NCBI GenBank assembly: GCA_040768585.1
Contig: JAXGMQ010000001.1
Span: forward strand, 1,159,299 to 1,223,298
Length of the DNA stretch: 64,000 bases
Direction of reading: 5' to 3'
DNA from: Caldisericia bacterium
GTDB taxonomy: Bacteria > Caldisericota > Caldisericia > JAAYUI01
The notes under the pieces: generated by a model
Seen by the model: only the letters and a program-made list of their open reading frames with translations
The model's database searches: none
What the model was told of the DNA's origin: nothing
Translations under genes and position numbers: made by a program
Shown: one piece after another, positions 19,067 through 30,100 of the stretch
Layout: each line of letters begins with the position of its first letter
Position numbering within the stretch: the stretch's first letter is position 1

Positions 19067-22000
19067 TTATAATGGCTACCTCTCTTACTTATCCTCAGCG
19101 CTTGTTTGGTATCGTGGTCCAGACACAGATGGCAGAGATGTTTGTACAGATCCATATTGGACAAACTATGCCTTCAACTACCAGCTTCTCTGCGAGGACT
19201 ACAGAAGATATACTTCGTACGAGAAGTATGTAGGTATGGGCTCAGTTCTTATGGATCATTCTGGAAATGGATATGGTCAGCAGTACTACTACAGCCAGAA
19301 TAACAGGTCGTACTACGGACTTCACAGTGCTTCTAACCGATGCAGGATGCATTTCTTCCGCTGGGAGTACATGCCTCACCCAGAAAACGGTGGACCGTAC
19401 TCTCGTGCTATTCCGATCGCTTACTTTGATCCACCATCATCTGGTGACCTTCTTGCCTTTAATACTCTCTATGATGTGAGAACCACTGTCTTTGGTGGAC
19501 AGTGGAATGTCGCGATGTCACCTGACATCTGGAATGGCGACATCACAGTCAACCTTGTTGGAGGAAACACGTTTGGTTCGGTTGGTTTCTCGCATGGTCA
19601 ATACTACAACTACTACCATAACTACTACGGTGTTGATGCATACTTCGACAATGCTGAAGCATACATAATCGAGGTTGTTCCAAGTGCTGGTGACAGAAGA
19701 CGTCTCACGCTTGGCGGTCACCATGTTGGTTTGAACAAGCATGTCTACAGAAAAGACGATGTTAACTACTCAACATCGAGTGCGAGCGCTTCTGCACTTA
19801 CTCCATTCAGCCACTACTACCCATGCGGATCGAAACTTGCCGCTGGTGAGCTTTATGACATCGAATCCGTTGTCTCAATGGTCACGATGGGCAAATGTGG
19901 TGATCCACGATTCATGGATATCCCAGTGCTTCCTGGCGAAGTTGACCTCAAGGTCTCAATAGATGGAAACCCTGTATCGGAAGAAGATGAGTTCCACCTT
20001 AAGGTAGAGCAGACATCAGACATCCAGCTCTCAGTTGATCCACCACCACAGCCAGGCGAGAAGTACGTCGTCAGAATGAGTGGCGTCTTCCAGGAAGGCT
20101 ATCCGGCACGTGAAGCCTACACCGACTATATCGAATCCAGAGAGAGCAACACATTCTCGGAGTTCTGCGAGGGTGAAGTCGAGTTTGACAAGGAAAACTT
20201 TAACGGCTCCCCATACCTAGATGACACATATACACAGGAGTTTGCACTGCCGTGGGACTTCCCGCTTTACAACAGGATAATCCCTGCCGGTACGACTTTG
20301 TATGTTGGCACAAACGGTCAGATCGTATTCGAGAGAAACTATGCCGGTTACATTCCAAGTACCTATGGTTGGTTCCATAGATATGGTTATCCAGACTATG
20401 CGATACTTGCTTGTGGCGATGACCTCGAGCTCTACGAAGCACCAAGCTATGGTCGTACAAACTACAATCTCCATATGTACTACTGCCAGCCAACACCTGA
20501 CTCCGTAAGGATCAGATGGGAAACCCAGATATATCCAGCTAATGAAAATGGGCCAGCAACCGTTAACTTCTACATCACTCTTTATCAGGATGGAACCATT
20601 AGATTCACTTATGGTGACATGTATGATACCCGAGGTAGCTATAGTACAGTTGTTTCTGGTATCAGTGGTGACATCTCAGAGGGTGAATACTACTATACCA
20701 TGTATCACAACATGGTAATGAACTCCCTCGCCTATGCCGATGATGTTGTTCTCACCCGTTTTGAGTTCCCACCAGACGAGGGAAGACCATCGGGCGGAAC
20801 AATCGATTCAGACTATATGATTGGCAGCACCACTGAAGCACCGCACAGCAATGAGATCGGTGGAGCACACTATAAGACAGTTGAGATCACTCCAGAGAAC
20901 CCAGTTCAGCATATTCAGTACACCCCGTACAGAGGTTCCGTCCAGGAAGATGGTTCTTGCGATCCAATCAAAGCTGAGGTATTCCTGGAGCGTGGTGGAG
21001 TTTCGTATCCAGTTCCGATGGATTCAGTACTCTCTGGCGAGAGGGTCGAAAGAGATGTCGAAGACTATGATGAACTCAACCTCTACGATTACAACATCTA
21101 CGATCCATACTGGGTTGTTAGGCCTTGGGTGCAGAAGATGTATGAAGGTCGTCATATGGGCGACCACACACCAAGACCAATCCCATCAACGGCTGGTATA
21201 CCAACTGCAAATTGCGCGCTCAATAACCAGTATGATTGCTATGGCATATTTGAGCTGATGGTTGAGCCAGAAGAACTCAGACTTGAGTTCTCAGATGCAA
21301 GCAGAACCTGCATCTCCCCGGTTGACCAGAGATTCCCGAACCTTATCCTCAAGGTCTACGATGGCGACAATCCAATTGATGTAAACGATCCAGCTGATAT
21401 CCCGATTTCCACTGTTGGAATGCAGCCGGGTGTCAGAGGCAAGATTGTTGCCAATGTTAACGCTTCTGGTGCTGGAATTAAGTACCTCTGCACAGCAGTA
21501 GGTAAGAGGACCGGTGATGTGGACGTTAGGTACATCATCCAGGTTAATACCGATGGTACATACACCTTCTGGCGTATGTACGAGCCAGCAACAGACAGAC
21601 CGGGCGCGGCGTTGGGTGTTCTTGACCCAACCGACTGGCTGTACTCAAACAGATATCCATACAACAACGTCTATGGCGAGACAAACAGGTCTTATAACCA
21701 GTCAAGATTGCCATGGACAGATACAGACGGCTGGTTGTCGGCAATCACTGGTGATTCAACCATTACCACAGAGCTTGAAGATTACGATTGCTCATTCGAC
21801 CATTCAATCTGCAGAGATGTTTGTAGACCAACGAATGATGGTTTCCCGAACCTTGGATCCGTGACATACAACGACAGAATCGGAAGATTCAACGGTTCGT
21901 ACTACGACAACGATTTATTCTTCAGCCAGAGAACAGGTGGAGCGCCGTTTGGTGTCATCGAGACGTTCGGTGTGCCAACCATGATCACAAACTGGGATAA

Positions 22001-25000
22001 CAATTCAGAGGGTGGAGAGGTATACGTTCCAATTCAGCCAAGAGACACAGATACCCCACTACAAATTAGAGTCTACATCAATGATGCAGTGTTTGACTAT
22101 AACTCTGCAATTTCGGAGTGGTCATTTGACAACACACATCCGACATATCACCCACCATACTTTGTCTATGATGACTCACCAGGCATCGACTACTGTGGTA
22201 TAATCACAGTTCCAGTGCAGCCAGCTGACAAGCTCAACTTCACAGAGTTCATGCTTACTGACCACGGACTTCAGTTCTCAGAAGCTGATTACACGGCGGG
22301 TGATAGCGCGCTTGCGGAGATGGATAGACCAGCTCCACAGCTGAGACACTGGTACAACCCAATTTGCTACAACTACAAGAAGGACATGAGAGTATATCCG
22401 GGTGGACAGACCCACCTCGCAAGGGCAATCGGCTCTGAGCGTGAGGGTGGTTTCAATGCCTACCCAGCTGTGAGCAAGGAATACTTCGGAAAACTTGGTA
22501 CTGAGTTCTATCCACTCACCGACTATGGTCTTTATTTCACAATGGTCTCCAATACTGACGTAAGATCTTGGAGTCTCTGGGATTCCTACACATTTGACCC
22601 ATATGGAACCCTTGAGCGTTCATATCCAGAGATGCAGTTCAGAATCATTGACACAATCGAGGTTTCAGGACCATTCATGGTGCCGTTCCAGTGGCGCAGA
22701 CCAAACATAATCGGTTCTGGAAGCAACCAGATTGGTTACATCGAGAGAGCTCTCAGAAGTGAGTACGAGTATAATGGTGTTGAGAATGTACCGATCAGAT
22801 ATGACACATCCGGTTATATCAAGATCGACCAGTCCAACTCACAGTATTATGAAATCAGAAGCAATGCCGATTTCACTGACGTTGTAAGTCCAGGATTCAC
22901 CTATGATACACACGAGTACATCGATAACCCACTTCCGTCAAATGGAACGCTTAACAAGAACAGATCACTCGTTTATCACAGTAGTAACCCATATATTCTA
23001 CATATGCCTCGCGGATATGTTGGCGACAATGCCTACGTCTTTGCTATCGACGAACTCATCCCAATGGGTCCTGGTAACATCGAGATTAAGGTAACGCTCA
23101 GAGACGGAACAATTAAGATATTCCAGGATTGCTGCATCAAACCAATCTCAGATGGTATTGATGTGCATGGACTTGACATCAAGCTTGACAACGAGGACAT
23201 CAATGAACGCGGCGGAATCTTGGTTGACCAGGACGTTGTGCTTCAAGCAAGAGTTTACGAGAATGAGAAAGCCGATGTCGTCGACGGAACCGAGTGGGAA
23301 TACGCAGAGTGCAATGATGCTCTTGTTTACGCCTGGCAGGATAGAGGTATCTACGACCCAGCACTTAGAGTGCATGTGGGTGCCGGTGATGGCTGGGTAA
23401 CAAAACCACCGAAAAACTCCGATATGTACAGACAAGCAGTTCAGTATCTTACGGATGACGACTTTGATGGTGATGGTAAGGTCAGCTTCAGTTCACACGA
23501 GACAGAGGTTATCGGATCTTATGACATCGTAACAAACACTTGGTCAGGTGCTTTTGTTGACGCTAGAACATATCAGAGACAGGATGGGTACTATGTCCTT
23601 CCACTCACTGAGGAGAAGGGTTCATACGTTGATACCGTTGGATTTGACTTCGGCGGATTTGGACCGACTGGTAAGCCACTCCCACCAGGAATCAGAGACC
23701 ACGTTGTTGGTTGGGATGAGACACTGCCGGTTTGGATTGTCGCCTACAAATATGGTGATGACAGCAACGACAGGACTTTCAGACCGCTGTTTGACTCGAT
23801 CGAGACTAATGTTCCATCAATGAGCCACGAGGTTTACCTCGCTGGCACAAAGGATCTCGAGGTCTTCCCACAAGTTGACCTTCAGATGGAGTACGGTCCA
23901 GAGCCACTTACCGCTGGTATGACACCTGAGCTTCAGAACCCAGAGACACCGCTCTTCTTCAGATTCACGGATGACCAGGGCAACCCAGTTGACTTCACGC
24001 AAGGAGTCGAGGACGCATGGGGTAACAGGCTTGTTAAAGACGAGGATATCTACAAGCATTGTTTCATTGACCCACATCCAGATGATGAATACTACTACGG
24101 AATTGGAGCCGTTCTTCCACAGTACTACTGGTTGAGGACTGACCTCCACAACTTCGATGGCACACCGATCTGCAACTCATTGTTGTTCTCGGATCCAGAT
24201 GAGCCATTCAAGCCAATCAGATTCGATATTGAGAAGGACGTAAACGGTAATGTTACAGGTAGATACAACTTCACAGGTTTCTGTGCAAACGATGCCGGCG
24301 AGTTTGAGGTTTATGCCTACACGCCGGACAGAAAACACAGCGCAGTTGCGACAGTGAAGGTTGCTCAGCCTGAGATCAAGTACGCCGTTAAGAATTTCGA
24401 GACGGGTCAGACGTTTGATGATGTTGACTTTGTCATGACAGCCAATGATGGTAGACGCTATGTGATAACAGCGACGTGCTGGGATGCTCAGGGTTCTCTT
24501 ATCAAGGGCACGGCGAAAGAAGTTTCGGTCTGCTCCGGTACAGGTTCTGATACGGCCAGATTCACTCCATACATCACAAGACCACAGAACTTTAATTGGA
24601 CTAGAGGTTCGAGCAATGCTGGATCACACTATGGAGTTCCGGGATATGGACAGGGATATGACCCATTCTACTCGTTCTATATTTACTTCCTCATCGATGA
24701 GGGTGATAGATTCTATCCATTTATGGGTGTAGATCTCACAAATGACGGTGATATCGACCCAATGAGAACAGAAACTTCAGAGTTGCACAGATACACTGCA
24801 ATGAAGCCAATGATTCAGTCCTACTACGGAATCTACGACACTTGGAGATATAGCAACTGGAGATCACCATGGGTGCACTACAACACAACAAATACACGTT
24901 ATGACGATATGACGTACAATGTGATGCACGCTTGGGATCTTCCACCAGCCAATGATGGTTGGGGTTGGGGAGCAATCTATAACCACCCATACGCAGGCGG

Positions 25001-26975
25001 TTATATCTTTACAGACTTCAATGTGGACGGAATCCTGACGTTCGAAGATTCACTGTCGTTCGATCAGAATGGTAAGGCAAGCTTCCACTTCTGGGCTGAT
25101 GATATTTGTGAGGTCGGTGGTCTTGTCGGTAATAACCATTACAGCAATGACAGCCAGTTTGCAGACCTCTATGGATACCCATCATGGTATGATGAGAAGT
25201 CACCAAACTACATGTATGAGAGATTCTACACATATAGAGATTGGTACGGCGACTGGCATGGTACTAGGGACTACACATTCATGCTTGACTGGGAGGCAAT
25301 TCCGAACAGAAACGTTGCCGTCAAAGCTCCTGAGGTCAAGATCTTCAACCCAGAGAACGGCGAAGAGATGTCGAAAGATATCTTCGATCCTGAAGCCTAT
25401 GATCTTACGTATGCAGTTAGAAACCACATGATCGTTAGGGTTTACCCAGCTGATAGACGCGATGCGAAGGTCAAAACTGGTGGCTCTTTCTTCATGAATG
25501 ACTACAGAGACTGGGCAACCACCTACTATGCGAACGAGTATGAATCATTAATCGTAGGAAGACTCACCGAGTCGACAGTTGATCCTGAGGCAGTAGAGAC
25601 AATGATTTACTTCACTCCGACAGGCACAGGCGAGAACACGAGTTCATTGCTTTATCTCAGAGAGTTCGACTGGAACGACAGAGCAAGTGAAACAAACGGT
25701 TTCGGTGGAATCACATTCGAGACATACATGAGGGTTGCCGATGTGGTTAGATTTGATTCCTGCAGGGGTTTGACTGTTAAAGCCGAACCACTCAACGAGG
25801 TTCTCAGACTTGGTCAGCCAGACACGATTGTTGTTACTGTCACCGAGACAGGCAGCGGATTCCCGATCGAGGGCGCAACTGTCGCTCTTAAGTCGGAGAA
25901 TGGCAACATCGAGATGGAGTCAACAACTGACAACATCGGTCAGGCATACTTTAACGATGTCAAACCTGAGGATATGTCGAAGTTTGTTATTACAGCATCG
26001 ACAGACGAGTATGTGAATGGCACAGATGTTCTTTACGTTGATGTTGACCTTTCACCACCATCAATTGATGTTGATGACTTCGAGGCACTCACCAAGAATT
26101 CAACAGTGAATCTCACTGGTACGGTTACAAAGGGTTCAAAGCTCAAAGTCGGTACGAAGGACGCGAATGTTGAAGCAGATGGTAAGTGGAAGGTTCAGAT
26201 ACAGCTTGTTGAGGACGAGAACCTCATTCCACTACTTGCAACAGGTCCAAACGGTGTACAGCAGTCACTAACACTCAGGATTGTCCTCGACACAACTGAA
26301 CCAGCGCTTCTCATGCCAGAAGAGTCGAGTCTTGATTTCTTCGATATCTCAGGCGATAGCGGAGAGATTTGGCTCACGGGCAGAGTCTCACCAGACGCAG
26401 TTGAAGTAGAGGTCACAATCGACCAGGGTGGGGAGAGAATCCCGGTTAGCGCAACAATCGTCAACGATGTGTGGCGCACAGACAAGTTTGAAGTCGAGAC
26501 AGGCGTTGAGTTCACAGTCCAGGTAGAGGCAACAGATGCAGCTGGAAACGTCAAAAAGTCCGATGTGGTTCCGTACTTTATTGCCAAGGTCACAAAGATT
26601 GAACTTACCGTTGGTAACTCAATCGCTATGGTCAATGGCAAGCCAGTGACTGAAGCTATCCAGCCACCAGTGCTTAACGCCAATGGCGTGATGCTCGTGC
26701 CACTAAGGCAGCTTGCGGACGCATTTGGTATCGCAGTTGCCGCGACTGGCAACAGTCTGACTATCACGGTTGATGGAAAGACAGCGACCTGCACAGTAGG
26801 TACTAACGGTGCGACAGTCGACGGAAATACCTTCACAATGTCGACAGCTCCTGAGAGCATTGTCACTGTGGTCATGGTACCGCTTGACTTCGTACACGAA
26901 GTACTCAAACTCACTGGAAAGAATATCGAACTCGTTAAGACAGCTATTGGTGTAACAATCATTATCAGTGATTGA
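18990..26975 (+). CDS. Giant secreted protein paralog 3, C-terminal 2661-aa segment. Same gene as 16223..19066 after a ±1 frameshift; the combined product is about 3.58k aa.
   Basis: The start of this ORF (SYNGYLSYLSSALVWY) aligns with paralog 2 at about aa 1140 (SYDGYIDMSDQYNYLSSIWLNY). That places it mid-gene rather than at a true start, and there is no RBS. The family core follows (VLPGEVDLKVSIDG...VEQTSDIQLSVDPPPQPGE, YPGGQTH, IFQDCC, ECNDALVYAWQDRG, AYKYGDDSNDR, LPQYYWLRTDLHN), with a CuAO-N1-like C-terminus. Confidence 0.72.
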   Translation: MKTVTWSRITNILPSIFQVAHTHTFSYNGYLSYLSSALVWYRGPDTDGRDVCTDPYWTNYAFNYQLLCEDYRRYTSYEKYVGMGSVLMDHSGNGYGQQYYYSQNNRSYYGLHSASNRCRMHFFRWEYMPHPENGGPYSRAIPIAYFDPPSSGDLLAFNTLYDVRTTVFGGQWNVAMSPDIWNGDITVNLVGGNTFGSVGFSHGQYYNYYHNYYGVDAYFDNAEAYIIEVVPSAGDRRRLTLGGHHVGLNKHVYRKDDVNYSTSSASASALTPFSHYYPCGSKLAAGELYDIESVVSMVTMGKCGDPRFMDIPVLPGEVDLKVSIDGNPVSEEDEFHLKVEQTSDIQLSVDPPPQPGEKYVVRMSGVFQEGYPAREAYTDYIESRESNTFSEFCEGEVEFDKENFNGSPYLDDTYTQEFALPWDFPLYNRIIPAGTTLYVGTNGQIVFERNYAGYIPSTYGWFHRYGYPDYAILACGDDLELYEAPSYGRTNYNLHMYYCQPTPDSVRIRWETQIYPANENGPATVNFYITLYQDGTIRFTYGDMYDTRGSYSTVVSGISGDISEGEYYYTMYHNMVMNSLAYADDVVLTRFEFPPDEGRPSGGTIDSDYMIGSTTEAPHSNEIGGAHYKTVEITPENPVQHIQYTPYRGSVQEDGSCDPIKAEVFLERGGVSYPVPMDSVLSGERVERDVEDYDELNLYDYNIYDPYWVVRPWVQKMYEGRHMGDHTPRPIPSTAGIPTANCALNNQYDCYGIFELMVEPEELRLEFSDASRTCISPVDQRFPNLILKVYDGDNPIDVNDPADIPISTVGMQPGVRGKIVANVNASGAGIKYLCTAVGKRTGDVDVRYIIQVNTDGTYTFWRMYEPATDRPGAALGVLDPTDWLYSNRYPYNNVYGETNRSYNQSRLPWTDTDGWLSAITGDSTITTELEDYDCSFDHSICRDVCRPTNDGFPNLGSVTYNDRIGRFNGSYYDNDLFFSQRTGGAPFGVIETFGVPTMITNWDNNSEGGEVYVPIQPRDTDTPLQIRVYINDAVFDYNSAISEWSFDNTHPTYHPPYFVYDDSPGIDYCGIITVPVQPADKLNFTEFMLTDHGLQFSEADYTAGDSALAEMDRPAPQLRHWYNPICYNYKKDMRVYPGGQTHLARAIGSEREGGFNAYPAVSKEYFGKLGTEFYPLTDYGLYFTMVSNTDVRSWSLWDSYTFDPYGTLERSYPEMQFRIIDTIEVSGPFMVPFQWRRPNIIGSGSNQIGYIERALRSEYEYNGVENVPIRYDTSGYIKIDQSNSQYYEIRSNADFTDVVSPGFTYDTHEYIDNPLPSNGTLNKNRSLVYHSSNPYILHMPRGYVGDNAYVFAIDELIPMGPGNIEIKVTLRDGTIKIFQDCCIKPISDGIDVHGLDIKLDNEDINERGGILVDQDVVLQARVYENEKADVVDGTEWEYAECNDALVYAWQDRGIYDPALRVHVGAGDGWVTKPPKNSDMYRQAVQYLTDDDFDGDGKVSFSSHETEVIGSYDIVTNTWSGAFVDARTYQRQDGYYVLPLTEEKGSYVDTVGFDFGGFGPTGKPLPPGIRDHVVGWDETLPVWIVAYKYGDDSNDRTFRPLFDSIETNVPSMSHEVYLAGTKDLEVFPQVDLQMEYGPEPLTAGMTPELQNPETPLFFRFTDDQGNPVDFTQGVEDAWGNRLVKDEDIYKHCFIDPHPDDEYYYGIGAVLPQYYWLRTDLHNFDGTPICNSLLFSDPDEPFKPIRFDIEKDVNGNVTGRYNFTGFCANDAGEFEVYAYTPDRKHSAVATVKVAQPEIKYAVKNFETGQTFDDVDFVMTANDGRRYVITATCWDAQGSLIKGTAKEVSVCSGTGSDTARFTPYITRPQNFNWTRGSSNAGSHYGVPGYGQGYDPFYSFYIYFLIDEGDRFYPFMGVDLTNDGDIDPMRTETSELHRYTAMKPMIQSYYGIYDTWRYSNWRSPWVHYNTTNTRYDDMTYNVMHAWDLPPANDGWGWGAIYNHPYAGGYIFTDFNVDGILTFEDSLSFDQNGKASFHFWADDICEVGGLVGNNHYSNDSQFADLYGYPSWYDEKSPNYMYERFYTYRDWYGDWHGTRDYTFMLDWEAIPNRNVAVKAPEVKIFNPENGEEMSKDIFDPEAYDLTYAVRNHMIVRVYPADRRDAKVKTGGSFFMNDYRDWATTYYANEYESLIVGRLTESTVDPEAVETMIYFTPTGTGENTSSLLYLREFDWNDRASETNGFGGITFETYMRVADVVRFDSCRGLTVKAEPLNEVLRLGQPDTIVVTVTETGSGFPIEGATVALKSENGNIEMESTTDNIGQAYFNDVKPEDMSKFVITASTDEYVNGTDVLYVDVDLSPPSIDVDDFEALTKNSTVNLTGTVTKGSKLKVGTKDANVEADGKWKVQIQLVEDENLIPLLATGPNGVQQSLTLRIVLDTTEPALLMPEESSLDFFDISGDSGEIWLTGRVSPDAVEVEVTIDQGGERIPVSATIVNDVWRTDKFEVETGVEFTVQVEATDAAGNVKKSDVVPYFIAKVTKIELTVGNSIAMVNGKPVTEAIQPPVLNANGVMLVPLRQLADAFGIAVAATGNSLTITVDGKTATCTVGTNGATVDGNTFTMSTAPESIVTVVMVPLDFVHEVLKLTGKNIELVKTAIGVTIIISD

Positions 26976-27000
26976 TAGGAAAATTGCTCGAAAAGTAACT

Positions 27001-27037
27001 ATTTCTCTCTGCTGCTCCGTCTGGGGCGGCAGAGAGC
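27001..27037 (+). terminator. Imperfect hairpin downstream of giant paralog 3, sharing the ATTTCTCTC lead-in.
   Basis: CTCTCTGCTGC pairs with GCGGCAGAGAG, with one mismatch. It is followed by CGGGAAAAAAGG and not by a T-run. Confidence 0.3.
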
Positions 27038-27046
27038 GGGAAAAAA

Positions 27047-27083
27047 GGATTGATTAATACAAGTGATTGGTTTGAATATAAAT
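27047..27083 (+). promoter_or_regulatory. Conserved GATTGATTAAT upstream element, before giant paralog 4.
   Basis: GGATTGATTAATACAAGTGATTGGTTTGAATATAAAT lies about 100 nt upstream of the ATG at 27149. Confidence 0.4.
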
Positions 27084-27148
27084 GAACGAAGCAGCATTGC
27101 GGTTGCAGCTTCCGCTGTAAACCTTCAAGGAAGTGAAGGAGAGAGCAA

Positions 27149-30100
27149 ATGAGAAAAATACTGACTACTCTGCTTAGTGTGGCGTTAGTGCTTGGCATGA
27201 TCTCAACCTTTATGCCAATGCTATCGCTTGATAATGCAGAAGCGCAGGGCAGCGGCAATACACCGGCCACAATGGTTGGCAATCGCTTCCATAGGATTGG
27301 ATACGATCGTTATGGACGTGAGTTGCCCGATGGTAAGATGGTTCCGTGGCAGAAGGTTGGAGAAGTTTGGTGGGGTCGCGAAGGCTTCTATATGCCATAC
27401 GCGGTTCGCGCCGTGGACGATCCACCGTATTCCATTACGGTTCCACCGGCCACAGCCTTTTACTCAACCGTCGTTTCCAACGAGACGTCATCTCACGTAG
27501 CCACCCTCGGCTTTGGTCTTTGGACCGAAGTTTGGCTCACTGTGGATGTCGACCCAGGTGATGGACAGACAACATACAAGCATCACTGGTACGTCATTCT
27601 CGATGACTACGGTCAGCTATGGTTCGATCCAGATGGTCGATTCAACGATTGTCGCTATTATGGGTACGCAGATCCATACGACGTCAACTATATGGAAGAT
27701 GACGACTACACACACGACAACTGCACCGACAACCCAAGAGCCCTTGTCGACCCGATCGTCTCGAACAACACACAGGGACCATACATTCTCGATCCAGATT
27801 ACAACCCATTCGTGAACGAGAATGCGTCGATGTGGCAGTTCTACAGCCCAAGCTATGCCCTGAACAATGTGGCAGCTCCCGTATATAACCCAAGAATCTA
27901 CTTCTGGGATGCAGAGAAGACCGGTTATAACACCAAGAGACTCTGGAAACTCGGTTTTGCTGACATGAATGACTACCTTGCAGAGAATGCAGTCGGACCA
28001 GCCGGCGCGCTTTGTTCAGGTGTTGTTTATGAAGAGGCTGCAAATCCATCAAATCCACTCTACAAAGAGTACCAGGACTGGGACATCGATCTCTCCCTCA
28101 GAGCATTCCAACTCAACTATAACCCAGCTCAGTTTGCAGAGGCAGGTTCAGAGGTTCACGCCGAGAACATCACGCTTGGCGGCAACTACCCAGACTCCCA
28201 GGTTTCATGGGCAGCTCAGGCACCAGTTGCTTACAATTTCGGCGAGTTTGCCTACAGAAAAGCTGGCGCTGATGTGATGTATCCAACACTCACAGGCCCT
28301 GGCACTTATGACACAAAACCGGTTTCGTTTGTTGACGAGGCTGACATTAGGTTGTCGGATATCGTCGTCACAAGAAACGGTGATATCAGAACCTATCCTC
28401 CATTTACATCGGTTATCGACACCGGTGCCATAGGTGTTTGGGAGCCAGGAGACGACTACGACGTAGGTACATCTCAGTGGGCGTTCTCAGATGGCGTGAC
28501 CGGCACGTTTGGTCGGCCAGAGTACTACCATGATCAGGCAATCGGAACGAACAACGGTGGCAACGGTGGCGGAGATGGTGTCTATAGCCCTGGTGAGTTC
28601 ATCTACAGAAAAGCTCTTGCAAACTCTGGAATGACCGTTCAGGCAGATGACATCAGACTTACAAACGTCAACGGATATCAGACAAACACAAACAGACACC
28701 TTCCAAACAACCCAGACCTTCTCTTTGACACCGATGGTATGGTAAGAGCCGGCATCATGGACGGCGACCTCCTCATCATGGCTGAGGTTCTCAATGGTGG
28801 TTGCCAGTCTCCAAACTATGATATTGCTGTCCAGACGGACGCATGGATTGGCTGGAGAGACAATGGCAGATGGATGCCAGTTGAGATTGGTTACACCGCA
28901 GCCGGTATTCGTTCGCACTTCGACACAACAATCAACCACTTCAACAGAGTTCAGAAGAATGCGATGCTTTCGCAGAATTCAGACGGATTCTTTGTGCCAT
29001 CAACAGTATTCCACGATGTTCAGTTCGAGGAGAGACAGTTTGGTGGTTGGTCGATCTGGCTTGATGACGGTATTGACAACAACGCCGCTGTGAACCAGAT
29101 GTATGCTTGCACAGCCCTCGACCTTTCGGACAACCTTGAAGGCAAAGAGACCATCGAGCAGATTGTTGGTGGTGAGTCACTCGAGGCTTGGGACTTTGAT
29201 TATGGTCGTGGTGGTGTGAGAGACGACTTTGGTGAGCTCGTTTCGTTCACAGACACGGCCAAGGTCATTGGCCCTCCATATGGCTTCTATGACACAGAAG
29301 GTAACGGTTTCGGTTGCCATGAGCATCTTTATCGTGACATGGACAGCAGTGGCGCTATTTCCAAGGGTGATCTTAGACTCACAGACGTTATCACATATCG
29401 TGAGGTTGGTCCTGTCTCAGGTTCTATGATCCAGTACTATGCCGGTACAACAGTCGCTGCTGGTGACCTCGATGTCGGCGAACCAATCACATACTTCAAC
29501 CAGCCACCACAGGCCGGCAACATTGAGTTCATGTTCTACGACATCTCGCATCCGGCAGATGGCGTTCCAAGGAATTATGAATATGACCCAGGTGAGGACA
29601 TCTATCTTCAGCCAATCGGTCTTACCGAAGTTGACTATCGCTCGGTCAGAGCAACTGATGTAGAGATCCAGGGTAAGAAGTACATCTGTGGTACAGCAGT
29701 GTCGCTCTCACAGGCTCTGTTTGTTGAGAACCCAGTAAGCATGATTTCGATGGGTAACAATGGTCTTGCCTCCTTCATGGACTTTGAAGTCATCCCAGGA
29801 AGCATCCAGGTTGAAGTCAAGGTTGATCAGGAATTCATGGTTGAGCAGACCTCTCACGTCGAAGTCAGAGTGGTTCCAGAGCCAACGGATCCAGATGACA
29901 AGTACTACATCCTCATCGAGAACCTTCCAAGATCTTCTTACAACAATATTGCCGAGACGGTTAGAACCATCGACCGCGACCATCTGGTTGCGAACTTCGA
30001 GATCACACCTTACAGAGGCTCATGCGACCTGACAGGATTTGTCCAGGACAGAAAGGTTTACGTCCACGCAATTAAGGAAGAGACGGATGTCTCAGCCTAC

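Noticed and set aside
26195-26962. 255-aa minus-strand ORF entirely inside giant paralog 3
   Set aside because: It is antisense to a strongly supported giant CDS. The translation is low-complexity and Ser/Thr/Val-rich, as expected from reverse-translating an Asp/Gly/Thr-rich gene. It has no RBS or start context.
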